Part shown: in pieces, positions 50,885 through 64,000 of the stretch
Layout: every line of letters begins with the position of its first letter
Position numbering within the stretch: the first letter of the stretch is position 1
Source of the DNA: Yuukianura sp. NJ FZ-2021
Taxonomy: Eukaryota
Direction: 5' to 3'
DNA length: 64,000 bases
NCBI GenBank assembly: GCA_046563655.1
Contig: CM102283.1
Span: 7,874,001-7,938,000, forward strand
The notes under the pieces: model-generated
Seen by the model: the letters and a program-made list of their open reading frames with translations, nothing else
Databases searched by the model: none
What the model was told of the DNA's origin: nothing
Program-made: the position numbers and the translations under genes

Positions 50885-51610
50885 GAATTTAGTGAGTAAT
50901 GGAGCATACCACACACGTCAGAATCCAGTTTTGACTTGCTCTCCTTGCTTCTAGTTAGTAGATAATCGTTGTTTCTATTTTTTAATCAAGCTAGTTAGTT
51001 TAATTACAAAAATGGAAGCAACGGGTAAGTATAATTGTAAGCTAATGCTAAACTAAAAATCGCAGACGCAAGGCATTTAAAATTAATCTTCCTCTATACA
51101 CTAAACTAACAATCAGTTTACTAACAAATTAAGATTAATTGTTATTAAATTTTCATTTTAGTTTATTCTGTATAATACACTTTATAACTTTCTTCTTTAA
51201 CCACAAAGTTTTATTTTAAATCTATATTATTTAAATAATGCCATCGCCATCCTATCTTGGAGGATTTAAAACAGTAATTTTTAGAATTTAAATTCTTTTG
51301 TTGCAAAAAATGTTAGCAAAGTTATCAAGTTCTGCCAAAAATAAGAGATTGTTTTTGACCTTATTGCTTTTGGGTCACTTGTTACAATAAATTGTTTAAA
51401 AACGCCTAATTTTGGATTTCGCGTCGAAATAATTAGTGTCCATGACAGCAGTGTACCTGATACACACTTCAAGTTTGCATAACTCACCGTTTGTTTCAGA
51501 GTCGTCGTCAATAATAAATTGAGTTGCGCGAAGAGGTGCGTTGTTCGTTTTTTTTTCTGAGCAGCCACCACTCAGTTTGTGAAGTGTTTCGTTGGCCATT
51601 TTGAAAAAAG

Positions 51611-54600
51611 ATGGAATATCGCCTGCTTTTGGGAATTTCGTATCTTCTGATAACGCTGACGCTACTGGAAGGCCAACTTGACCCATACACATCGTTACCA
51701 AATGAACAACGAGTAAAGCCGTGTTACAATACCACAGGCAGTTTATTATGTAATTCTCCTGATGCCTGTTGTAATGACGTCTGCTGTGTCAATTATGAAT
51801 CTGAGGGTGAGCATTCAGCCAAGGCTATATGTATTCAAGATGGCTGTCTCTGCCTCATTGATCCATTCGTCAAGTTTTTTGGAGTGGCATGTCAACGTAT
51901 AGACTGGTGCTACCTTAGATACAACAGTTCAAAACCGTCGTCTGATGAATACAACTGTGGTAACCATGGAACTTGTGTCAAGGAATTTAGTCACCAATTT
52001 CAAGATCCAGTCACCAAGGAAGCAGACTTTGCGCTTATGTGTAACTGTGAGCATGGCTGGTACGATAATCCGGACACACCCTCATCACCATCATGGGTTA
52101 AAAATATCAGTCTAAAGTGTCGAGTTGAAAATCCATGTGAAACGAGTCCAGACTACTGCAACATACGGGAATGTGGAACTTCATGTCAATGTATTAACTC
52201 AACTGAGCTCAATGAGCCTCCAAGAGACGGAGGTTTTAAGATTGGACCAGAATGGCGGTACAAGCATAACTGTTTCTGCGGAAGTGGATTTTACCAAGAT
52301 AAGAATGTGTCGGACTACTACGGAGCCCAAACGTGTTTCAAGGAAAAGTGCCCGAAGGGTCCTGGTGTGCTGAATTGCTCAGAATATGGCGGGAATGAGC
52401 CAAAGTACTTTTGCAAAACTGGATACACTGGAACGAATTGCACGCTGGCTGATTGGTGTGTGATCAATTCAACGTTTGAAGCAAATTGTCATAAAGCTGG
52501 AGATACTGCGGCAATATGTCCAGGACCGATCCGTGACGAAAAGGATTTACACTGTATATGTTCCACTGGCTACAGTGGAAAGAGTTGTGAGAAACGGAAC
52601 TACTGCGTAACGGACTACTCCAAGACGAAAGCGCATCGTGACTACTGCGGAAGTTTTGGAACGTGTGACCCTGAAAAGTCCGATCAAGCTCAACAACGTT
52701 GTAAATGTGACAAAGGGTATAATGTTTTTTTTAAACTGTTATTGTTGTTTTTTTTTGAAAATTCTTATTTTTTTCAAAGTTGTCTAAAAGTTACTAGACG
52801 GAACCCGTGATGTTTACACATCACGATGACATGAAGGAAGGATGATTTTGAACATTTTGTCAAAAATCCGCTAGCTTTTTCGTTTGACCCGAGGTATGAC
52901 CTAGTGCTTAAAGGTAATTTCGTGATGCGTAAACATCACGGGTTCCGTCTAAGTTGAATCGAAAATATATTGCAAAGGCTGGGGGGGCAAGCCCCCCCAG
53001 ACCCCCCCCCCTTCTTTTGGTTTCTGAGTTGAGATGGAATTTTTGAAAGTCTGTGCTTGGAGGAGTAATGTAAAAGGGACACCCCAGGATCGTTCCACTC
53101 TTCCAAGCAGAGAGAGTTTTTTGCACATATAGTTTGCATTAGCATGGGATTTCACGTTGTGACGGAGGGACACTCGTCAATTAGAGTATGATTTTTTTTT
53201 TAGATATGTCGGGCCACAGTGCGTTAGAGACGGATGTGACCAACCTGGACTGTGTGAACATTCCCTCAACCGAACATGTCAACCGAATCTACTGCAAGCC
53301 AATGAATACAGCTGCGGAAACTCTACAAATAGCAACCCGCAATGCGAACGAGGATGGTAATCTGCCCGAAAGATGCTATAATTTCTATAATTCTATATAA
53401 GTTCTATAACTTGCTATAACTTGCTATAATTTCTCTTAATTTAGTATAATTTCTAAGATTTTTATAATTTCTATAATTCAGTATAATTTCTTTAGTTATA
53501 ATTTATATAATCTATAGAACGCTTCTATAATTCACTATAATTTCTAAAACTTTTTATAATCTGTAGGAAGCTTCTGTAATTCATTATAATTTCTATAATT
53601 TGTATAATTTTTAAAAAGTTTCTATAATCTATATAATTTAGCTTTATAATTTAGAAACTTCTAATAATGTTTAAAATAGCATTTTTAAATTGAGTTCATT
53701 TGTACAGGGATGGCGCGAAATGTAACATCGAAGACATTTGTCAAACGAAGGAAGCCTGCAACAGTGCCTTTGGAAACTGCGATGGCTGCTGCGTCGTTGA
53801 CAAAACTGTCGTCAGTCAGAACAAAAGCAACTCCAAGTTGCAGTTTTACAAAACGTCCTGCAATTGTAGTGCAACTTATATTGGCAACAACTGCGAGCAT
53901 CCCCACAAATGTCTTCTAGCAGTACAACAGGGAATGCCAGTCGGAAACTGTTCCGGAAATGGAGTCTGTACTTATACAACCACAACGCCAGCATCATGTA
54001 TCTGCAACTCTGGTTACTTTGGAACTTACTGTGACCGAGAAGACATTTGCATGGCCACCAGTGCCTTGGATCCATGCAATTCAGCTGCCGATCCAGGAAA
54101 TCGGTGTGACCGCCTCCGGACATGGGATCGGCAGAACATTATTTGCAACTGCGCGCCTGGATTTGACTTTGGACCAGGTCCAGGCAAGCAGTGTGTCCGA
54201 AATCCTTGCTTTGGTGTCACTTGTCAACATAACGGAATTCCCTTGAAAGCAACTCCAACACTATGCAACTGCTCTTGTCCATTTGAGTATCATGGAACTC
54301 GATGTGAATTTGAAAACAAATGTGCTGTTAATCCATGTAATGGATTCAATTGCACAAAAGTTAGAAACGGATTTACATGTGACTGTCCACCGATTCTGTA
54401 CACGCCTACATGTGAAGTCAACGACACATGCGTACATGATCCATTTATTTGCGATGTTCCTGGATACTCCACCGCTGTCATCAATCCATGTATCAGTTCA
54501 CGCAAACCTGGAGAATACAATTGTAATTGTACCATTGGATGGACAGTAGACAGAAGTATTCCAGTCGCCAATTGTTTTAAGCATGATCTCTGCAAAGATC

Positions 54601-57600
54601 CTGCCACGGCGTGCAGCAAAGTCGGAACTCTGCGCTGTTCGTTTCAAGATGGAGATACTAAGCCTACTTGTGTTTGTAAAGAAAATGAATACTACTTTGG
54701 CGATTCTTGTGAACAGCAAGATCCTTGTACAAACCTTGTCAAGCGGCCGTATTGTTCTCAAACTGGAACTGCAGTTTGTCTTCCACATACCAACACTAGA
54801 CCTATATGTCGCTGTTTACCTGGCTTCCATGGTCTGCAATGTCAATATCAAGATTTTTGTGCCAAAAGTCCGTGTCTCAACGGTGGAAGTTGTCACCGTG
54901 ACAAAAACGATTATAGATGTTCCTGTCCAGCTCTGTACGAAAACACTGACAAAAATTGTGCATTTGAAAATGGTTGTGTTCGAGATAAACCATGCAAGAA
55001 TGGGTAATTATAACAAAAATTACATTTTCAAAAAATTAGTTTTATGATTTCAATTTTATGTTTTAGATTTCCTTGCGTTCCAAACCCAAATCCTGCAGGA
55101 GTTAATGACTGGAATTGTACTTGCGGTGAGGAATTCAAGAACAAGTCGGATTGCAGTGAACGTGACCCCTGCGTCTTCGGAAATTTGTGTCTAAATGGAA
55201 AATGTATACGAGTAAATGACACGTCCATTAGATGCGACTGCGCAGGAACTCCGTTCATCGGTGACCTTTGTCACATTGCCCATGCAACTATTCGTCTAGA
55301 TGCTTATCCACTTACAGCAAATGTCGGTGAACAACGTGTGTTTATCCTAATTGTTCAAAAACGTGGAACCGACCCAACATTCAAAATTGATTTCGGCGAT
55401 TCTTTCAATTTTGAAATTTCGGATCGGAATCTTCTTCCACTCAATTTCCAAACGATCCAACAGCAGCGTGGAATCCTGGGCCAAGAAGGAATTACAGCTT
55501 TAGAACCGCTTGTCAATTCCGGTTTTGAATTTTACCCGTTCACGCACATTTACAATTCCAAAGCCAATTTTCAAGTGAACACGACAGTACTCAATGGTGG
55601 GTTGCTTTCGGAGCAACGTACCAACTATGTCCTGGCGGACACTTTCTATTGTCTTCCGGTTGTGCTGCTGCAGAATTGTGGTCGAAGGCGATCGGGCAGA
55701 CAGGATCCGAAAGTGCCGACGTATGAACGGAAGTCACGATTTGTCATTGAATCCAGTCTGTACTACAATGATTGTCAACCAACTTCGGACATTAAGTTCA
55801 AGTGGAACTTGTTTCGACTTACGGACATTGCACCCTATCCAAGAATCGGTAACTAGCTAATGCTAACCAACACTTAACTTGAATTATAATTTAAGATTAT
55901 TTTGTATTAATTATTTTATTTATTTTAATTACAGATAATGAATGGGAAATCGCTGGAGTCACTGCACATGAAAACGGAGATCAGAAGCACATTATTTTCC
56001 TTCCGTACAATTTGCTGGAAGGTGAATACTGGATTCAACTTTTCGTCTACTATGAATTTGAAAACGATACGGAACACAAAAAACCAGTCGGAAATTTAGA
56101 TTGGGTAAATTTTTCAAAACTTTCAATTTTGGAAAAAGAAGCTTTTTTCAGAATTTGTGTTCAAATTTTTTTTTTCATTTCCAGTGCTACTTTAACTTGA
56201 TGAATAGTCCGCCTCTTGCTCGGATTGACGGTGGGAATGCCAGAACTGTTCATCTGCATGCTACTGGAAATAATCTACTCGTTTTGAATGCTTCGAGTTC
56301 AATTGATCAAAATGATCCGACGGACCCAAAGTTAAAGTTTTCCTGGAGCTACACCTTGGACGACCTTCTAACTCCAACTTACTCTTGTGCAAGTATTTCA
56401 AAAAGTTCTTGCTCAGCATCCTGGATTGAAATTAACGTTGCAGAACTGGACGCCTCCAAGCGGTAAACTCTTACTTTACTAAAAAAAATTTTCAAAATGC
56501 CAACTTCAAAATTTTGATCTAATTTTCGTTTTTGAACCAGCTACACTTTCCATGTCGATGTTGACAGTGTTCGACCGAATGAGTTGTCTACGTCTTCTAC
56601 AGCTACGCAACAAGTGAACATAGTCAACGAGGGACTTGAAATAATTGTCAAGTAAATTCACACAAAAGAATTTCACATTTTTTTCAAAAACGGTTTTTGA
56701 TTTTTTATGAATTTCAGATGTGTTGAAAACTGTGTCAAATTCAATCCCGGTGACACTGTGCATATTGAATGCGGTTGTGCAGATTGTGGTGACGATGATT
56801 CTTACGTTGTTTATAATCACCGGTGGGATCCTCAGTTTGGAAATGTGACCAAAGTTGGTCAGAAAACGTACCACTTGATCTTGTATCCAGATCCTCTGGG
56901 TAAAAGTTCACATGAATTTGAATGCAACGGAGTCACTGCCGATGGAGGTCGCAAACATGAAGGCAGAAGTGCTTTGCCAATTCTCATCAACAAGGCACCA
57001 ATTCCCGGCAATTGTTCGCTCGACCAACCACTACGCGTTGCTTTTCTTCAAGAATTTGCCAACAATGTTTTCGTGACATGTCAAGGGTTCACTGATCCTG
57101 ACCCTGCTAGTCTTCCCTTGAGCTACCAAATCAATGCAATCATCACAGACAATGGTGTGGGGGATGCCTTATTGCCAAACGGAGTTCTCCTTTTGCATGA
57201 CGTTTTTGAGCGACTTCCGCTGACTTACCTTCCCATGGGACAAATTGGCACAAATTATGCAGTTAAACTGCAAATCGACGTTTCTGATGCATTTGGACTT
57301 CCTGCCGATGTAAGCTTAAAATTAGCTCAAAGATTTACTTTAAAAATTTTTTTTTTAATTTCTGAAACGAAATTTTTTGATTTTTTTTTTCAGACTCCAC
57401 AAACCCTGAACATCCAAGTATTTTCGCCAGGACTAACCTCCAGTGCAGACGCTTTGAATAAAACGCAGGACGAATTTCGCAAAACGCTGGATAAAGTTTT
57501 TGGCTTTCAAAGTGATTCTGGAACAAATTTGACCGGACTTCTAGCTGCTGGTGACAATCAACGAGCACTTCAGTTGATCCTAAGCTTTCTGTACTCCATA

Positions 57601-60600
57601 AGAACCTACGGTCCACCGCAGAGATCAGAACTGTTTGATATCATGGCGAAAGTCACTGCCGAAGAGCGTCTGAACATGTCAGATCGAATCATGGCTGCAA
57701 TTCGATCAATTCCGCTCTACAGTCACCTAATTGTGAAACAAGTTATGCAAAGTCTCTATCTTTTGTCTCACTTCGCACAGTATCTCACAGATGACACGCT
57801 GATGAGTTGCGCAGAACAACTCATCCAAACAGCCAAGTATTTTCGAAATTACGTGCTACGGAACGAAGAAGTGATTTTTACAAACGACATTGCACAACTC
57901 GCAAGGTACTGCCAAGTTTCGAAAAAAAATAAGAATGGAATTTTTTGAAAAACTGTTTTAAATTTTTCAGGGCTGGGAAATACGCTGCGGAGAACATTAT
58001 GATAGAAACGGAGAAGCGGGGCCAAGCGATTTTGGAAAAGGATTTAGCGACTGCGCAGAGGAACCAAGAAATTGAACTGGAACATCTTTATCAAAAAGAT
58101 CGTGATTACTTTTTAGAAGTGGATGAACTGAGAACTGCAGAAGGAAATGTACGAAATGATCAACCAGAAACGACGACACTCGGAGAAGAAGAAATTGAAA
58201 CTGTGAAGCGAGTAAGAATTTAAAAACGTTTTTACTTTCAAAATTCCCACAATTTTTTTTAAATGTTGATTTCAGATGTCTTCTATTTGTGAACGAGCGT
58301 TTGTGTCAATGATTCATTTGCTGGAAGCCATTGCCTCACGTCAAGTGCTTTCAACGACAAGTCAAATTGTGTTGCCCTCAAGCATCGTGTCAAAGGTCAC
58401 AAGTTCCGTTGACATTTTCCCGGTTGAAGACTTGAAGAACAAAACTATGTCTGGAATTGTATTCCCCCAAGAAATTGTTATGCTCATTCAAAAACAAAAT
58501 ACGAAAGCTGTTCAACTTCATGTACGAAATTCCAAAAAAAAAAACTTTCCCCCTTGTTTTGATTTTTTTGAAATTCGAATTTTTGTTTTTTTTTACAGTA
58601 CGGTGTCTCAGAAATTAATCCATATTTTGGAGATTTTGGAGTCAAGCCAGACACAAAAATTTTTCGAGTTGAGATGAAAGTCGACGGTTACAAAACTGAC
58701 GGATCTGATCAATGGATTCGAATTTCCAAAACTGAAGAACCAATCAGAATCAAGATTCCATTTAAAAGCACAAGAAATATCCTCAATGAAACAATTGCTG
58801 AAGAAACACAACGAGTGAGAGACGAGGACTTTGCATCGGTGGAGCTTGTCAGTTTTGATGAAATTTCCGATTTGAATCCAAATATCAAAATGTTTCATCT
58901 AAGTCTCATCCATGGATCAACATTTTACATGGTTGTAACTACTAAATCGCATCCACAAAGCGGCTATACGACCATCGAGTATCAGGCAGCACTGACACAA
59001 GACTATCGTCCCACTGCTGAAGATTTTTGCCGCCAAAATACAAATTATACTAGACGATTTTCTTCAGGAGAAACCGTTGAATTCAAAATTCATCCTGATG
59101 GAACCGAAAGTGGTAACGCGAGTCAGCCTATTAGGTATTGGAATAAAATTTTTTCTAAAAAATCAGATTTTTTTTTCAAAATTTTAACTTTTTCGCTTTT
59201 TTTTGCAGTGGTGATGGAAATTACTTGGATTACTACATTGGAATTTGGCCATTTGATGAAAATGGAACCCTACCACTAGGAACTCCGATTCAGTTTTCAG
59301 TAAATTTTGTGCAATTGAGTTGCTTGACACGAAACGAAGACGAAAACAAATGGGTTGGCAAAGGATGTGAAGTAATCAGCACTGGAACAAAAAAATTGAA
59401 AATTTCTAAGCGTGTGACGAAATTTTTAAAATTTTATTTTTTTTAGGTTTCGGACTTTGTCGACGGAGACTACTTGGAGTGCAAATGTCATCACTTGAGT
59501 ATCTTCGCCGGTTCAGTTGTAGTTCCACCAAACAGAATTGATCTTGTGGACACCGTGGAAATGTTTTTAACAATTCCGGACAACTACATTGTTCTCATTG
59601 CAGTGGGAACAGTGTTAGGCATTTGGCTAATTGGGCACTTGATTTGTTACTGGAAAGACAGAGATGACCGACGTCACCACTCGGGAATCACCATCATGTG
59701 TGAAATTGGTGAAAATTTTAGTCACACGTTTTACTTGGTACGAGTTGTCACTGGAAGTAGAATTTCAGCTGGAACTACTGCAAATGTATCGATTCAAATT
59801 TATGGCCAAAATGGACGGAGCAAAATTTACGTCATCAAGGACTCAACTCTTTCTGTTTTAAATCGCGGCGGAAACGACTCATTTCTGATTTCGTCTCCGA
59901 AGGATTTGGGGCAACTGGAGAAAATCCGGGTTTGGCATGATAATAAAGGAGCACGTCCTGGATGGTATGCAATCTGTTTCTCAAGTAATTTCAAAAATTT
60001 TTTAAATTTTGTTCAATTTCATAAGGTACCTCCGGAAAATTATTGTCCGGGAAGTAAAAACTGGAAAACGCTGGTACTTTTTTGCTGGAACTTGGTTGTC
60101 CATGACATACGAAAAGGATCCGAACATTATTCGTGAATTTACGGCAGCGACTCCAGCGGAACTGAATTCTTGGAGACGACGCTTCAATGATCGTCTGGTT
60201 GAAGAATTTAACAACTCTCACTTATGGTTCAGCCTGTTTTTTCGACTGCCAAGTTCAAATTTTACACGCTGCCAGCGATGGGTTTGTTCTTTTGGAATTC
60301 TCATGTCACACATGCTGTTCAATATCATGTGGGAAGGAATTCCAACGGCAGATTACAGTAAACCAAACAGCAAATCTTCAAAATAACAATTTAGAAGCAT
60401 TTTTTTTTAATTTTAAATTTTTATTACAGGCACGCTTTTCGAAGTTGGTGATTTTTCAATCAACTTGCGTCAAGTTCTCATTGGTCTCCAAATTGCCATT
60501 GTGGCTTCTCCTGTCGGCATGATTCTTATTGTCCTGTTTCGGCGAATCCGAAAACACCGAATTCCTACACTCGTTGTATGGCAAGACCGAGTTGCCAAGA

Positions 60601-63600
60601 AACAAAACATTTTGCCGAACGTTCGAGAAGAACATATTTTTCTACCAAACAAAGATGGAGAATTCAAAGAGACTGTGATTCCCGCTTCCACGGTTGGAAA
60701 CATTGGTGAAGGTGACGTCGGGCCAAGAGCTTTTTCTGTTCCATCGACTGACATGGTAGCACTGGAATCCTGGATAAGCAAAGACACACGAGGGCACGGA
60801 CTCCGCCCACCAACTCAACGAGAACCGGATGCATTTGTACACAAAGTGGAAGATAAAGAGGCCGAAGCAGGACACTCTTCAGCATCTCATATGCTCCGGA
60901 TTGGTCGTCGAGCAATTGCCGAAGTCGTGAGAAGAACGGATCCTACGGCGTTCATATACTCTGGTCATGGTGACTTTGAAACCCAATTTGAAGAGGAGAT
61001 TCGGCGCAGAGCTGATGAAAATCATCCTTGGACGAAACTGAAAAAACGGGATATTCAAGCACTTGATGAAGATGTTAGAGCGCATATTCCAAAAATGCAG
61101 CCAGTTCAAGTTGTAAAGAAAGACGATCGAAAGGACGACATGATTTATCATGGAATTTCGCTGGATTTGTGTCTCATGTCACCGGTTTACAAGAAAAGAG
61201 GTTATTTTCCATGGTGGTTCCTCTATGTGTCATGGACTGTCGCGATTGCAACAATCTTCACTTGTGCATTTTTCACAATTTTGTTTGGACTGAGCATTGG
61301 GCGTCTGCGCAGTTGGCACTGGTTGACAGAAGTGTCATTTTCGTTTGTCCAAACGGTCATCATCACTCAACCTGTCCGGATTCTCGTCATGGCTTCAATT
61401 TTCACTGTCATTGATCGTGTAACAACTTTTACACAATTTTGTTCAAAAAATTTCTTTGTACGCATGGGCTTTAATAGTTGAACTTTTTTGTAATAGAAAA
61501 TACATGCGTCGGAGGAAGATCGTTTTCAAGTTGTGGTGGATGATGGAAAGGAGCAATTGGCAACAGACAGAAAATTGAAATATTCGCGCTTCCAGCCGCA
61601 GCGATTGTATCCACCACTCAGTGGTGCTACGCTGCTTCAACTTAGACTCAAAGCACGTCGACGCAATGAACTCAAACGGGGATTGGTAGCAATGCTGTTT
61701 CATTTTTTGGCAATGGCTTTTCTGGCTTCAATCATCTCAACCTCTTCAACTGCTGTAAGTTTTGCATTTTGAACTTATAAGGTATGAATTTTGCAAAAAT
61801 ATGTTTTGTTTTTAAAGAAATTTGCGGTGACTTCTCATGTCAGAAATATGCTTCAGCTCAACGAGGGCGAATCCTTCGATCGCATTAAAACCGCAGCAGA
61901 GTAAGCCTTGTACAATGAAATAAAGTTTTTTGAAAACAAAAAAACTGGAAGTTTACCTATTCTAACTTTTTTTCTTCAAAAATTTCAGGTTTTACAAATA
62001 CATGAACTACTTTGCTAAAACCGTAAACCCATTGCAAGATTACAATGGAATTCCAGTAGCTCCAGTGAAAGACGCTCGCTACGAATCCACAATGATGGCA
62101 GACAACGAAACAATGATTTTGGGCATTCCGCGGATCCGCCAAGTTCGAATCATGTCGAGTAAGTTTGGCGTTTACCTTCAAAAAAAATTTTTACTGTTCA
62201 AAATCTAATTTACTACAATACTAAATGAGAAGTTACAGGTGAGATGTAATTCCAGAATTGCATACTTACTATATGATGTATTACTCTCGATATTTTTTTT
62301 TAAAGTCACGGTTTGGCTAAAACTCTCTAAAGTGCAACTTCCTCACTCATGATACTCATGATAAGTAGACCTGCTAAAAATGTTTTTTTTAAATACTAAA
62401 TATTTTTATATTTAAAAAAAATATTTCGCGATTTAAAAAAATGTAAATATTTTTTTAAATTTTCAGCGTTTTTCTAACAAAATGCAAATATTTTTTAAAT
62501 ATTTCGGCTTTTCATGATAATTTTGCCGAAATTTCGACTTTTTTGTCTACTCTCGGTGAACAACCAATGTGTTTGTCTGATTTTTCGACAACAAAATCGT
62601 GAAAAGAACGTTTACGGAGTTTTTCGGTAGTGTCAATTTAGTTAACTAAAAATTTGTCACATGCAACACTGGAAACAACTAAACTTTGAGTACAAGTACA
62701 CGAAAAATCAGATGGGCACCTAAATGAAAGTGCTGCAGTACTTTAGATACGTACGATTACGTACATACTTTCGTATGTACATTTTTACAAGAATTTTAAA
62801 CCATACTAATGGAATCAAGAGCACAATACCGTTAGCGTAGCATTGTTCTTACACGGTAATATTAAGCGACAAGACAGTGCTGACGTGGTAAATCTGGTGA
62901 TTGGGGTTGTTGCCCAGTCCTTTTATACTTACGTAAAGGTTTTTCTCTCTAAATCGGTCTGATTTTAGTACGAAATTCATAAATATTAACGGTTTTAGTA
63001 AATATTTTTAAAAATATTTCCCCGTTTTTAGTAAATTTTTAAATAAATATTTTGGGTGCTGATAGTAAATATTTTTAGCAGGTCTAATGATAAGCTAATT
63101 TTTTTTCAAAATATTGTTTTTTAAAAGACCATCACATCCACATCTAACTTTCTAACGTAATACTTTTGAAAAAAATCATCGTTAGGCTAAAAATTAAGAG
63201 CGGTGTTGGGCGAAGCTCCAGCACCCATGCTTAGTAGGCTTGTTTTTACTAGAACTTTTTTTTTACTTTCCCAGCTGAATGTGACATTCATGAGCGAATC
63301 AAGCAGTTTTATTTGCCACCATCAACGACAGTTACTGCGCAACAAGAAAAACTCAAAGACAAAATCAACTGTACTCGTGGTTATGTCAGTTTGAACGAAG
63401 ACGTTGGAACTTACAATCCATTTTGGAAAGAAGTGGTTGGAAATTCTCGCAGTTGGATAAGCTCCAACGACGTCTGGACTTGGCGAACTCCAAACGAAAC
63501 GCAGTCGATCATGATTTCTGGAAAATTGACCAAGTATGATGCTGGTGGATACGTCGCAGAACTAGGCATGTTTCAACGCAAAACAACTTCAGTTCTGAAT

Positions 63601-64000
63601 TACATTCGACAAACGAAGTGGATTGACTCACGTACTCGAGCAGTTTTTGTTGAAATGAGCGTTATCGTACCGAATTCCAACATTTTTGCCGACATTCTAC
63701 TGATGTTGGAACAGTCTCCTGCAGGAGCCTTCATTCCGACATCAATTGTAACTTTTTTGAAATTTACACTTTTGTGACTCAAAATTTTGAAATATGTTTT
63801 TTCCTTTAGGTTTTACCGCTTCAAATTACATTTCCAGCTACAAAAGGTGAAAGTTGGCGAACATGGGTGACAATTTCATATGTCGGAATTACACTCTATG
63901 CCTTCGGGCTCATTATCAGTCTTGGACGTGGAATTATCTATCACTGGGTACACTACCGAATGGGATTCGTCGGAAGTTTGTGGCTTTGGCTTGACTTTGC
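51611..64000 (+). CDS. Polycystin-1 family (PKD1-like/REJ-type) receptor-channel subunit with an N-terminal EGF-like array; 3' end outside the window. Exons 51611-52716, 53204-53356, 53708-55003, 55067-55848, 55935-56104, 56185-56462, 56541-56650, 56718-57309, 57394-57905, 57971-58211, 58276-58521, 58599-59134, 59209-59371, 59447-59964, 60026-60357, 60430-61418, 61497-61754, 61818-61900, 61989-62158, 63275-63747, 63810->64000
   Basis: Signal peptide; many EGF-like repeats (e.g. CAKSPCLNGGSC..YRCSCP); PKD-like domain (FKIDFGD..FTHIY); REJ-like motifs (LNASSSIDQND, KCVENC, PIPGNCS, FTDPD..PLSY); GPS (C..W..KGC..CKCHHLSIFAG); TM1; PLAT (VVTGSRISAGTTANV..DLGQLEKIRVWHDNKG..PGWYL); HLWFSLF..SNFTRCQR; TOP domain (LGIPRIRQVR, YDAGGYVAELG, WIDSRTRAVFVE). 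Confidence 0.93.
52795..52951. repeat. Inverted repeat of about 33 bp (MITE-like) in intron 1 of the polycystin gene
   Basis: TAGACGGAACCCGTGATGTTTACACATCACGA ... TCGTGATGCGTAAACATCACGGGTTCCGTCTA. Confidence 0.7.
53376..53670. repeat. Degenerate 9-10-bp minisatellite (CTATAATTT-like) filling intron 2 of the polycystin gene
   Basis: Repeated CTATAATTT / CTATAACTTG / GTATAATTT motifs. Confidence 0.85.
62366..63086. mobile_element. hAT-type non-autonomous element in a polycystin intron
   Basis: TIR TAGACCTGCTAAAAAT / ATTTTTAGCAGGTCTA; exact 8-bp TSD ATGATAAG (62358-62365, 63087-63094). TIR related to the inner MITE at 41804. Confidence 0.85.

Noticed and set aside
52976-53011. G/C-run hairpin GGCTGGGGGGGCAAGCCCCCCCAGACC as a terminator
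   Set aside because: Intronic eukaryotic context; more likely part of a repeat element. No function supportable.
37355-61703. Many 60-150 aa ORFs overlapping the large gene and the polycystin exons in other frames or strands
   Set aside because: Shadow ORFs of real coding exons, with no independent signals.

Overview
Eukaryotic, AT-rich, intron-containing DNA. It looks arthropod-like (ABCH-type transporter, short A/T-tract introns); the taxon is inferred, not proven. Left to right: (1) the 5' half of a protein kinase N (PKN) gene on the minus strand. Its HR1c-splitting intron holds a complete same-strand three-exon ORF of about 658 aa, and another intron holds a tRNA-like Pol III unit. (2) A complete 13-exon ABCH-type half transporter. 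(3) A tandem duplication that left a hook pseudogene and an ABC exon relic, followed by an intact 8-exon hook gene. (4) A 2.56-kb Foldback/Mutator-like element (about 550-620 bp inverted arms, exact 9-bp target-site duplication) enclosing about 7 near-identical 178-bp tandem units, beside or inside a decayed LTR-retrotransposon pol relic. (5) A gene for a largely low-complexity protein of about 1969 aa, with a 4.3-kb exon and a small secreted repeat-peptide gene nested antisense in intron 1. (6) A polycystin-1-family gene (EGF array, PKD, REJ, GPS, PLAT, TM, TOP) running off the right edge. Several MITEs with identifiable TIRs/TSDs are also present, one nested in another. Exon boundaries were read by eye from GT-AG sites and frame continuity; no database searches were run.
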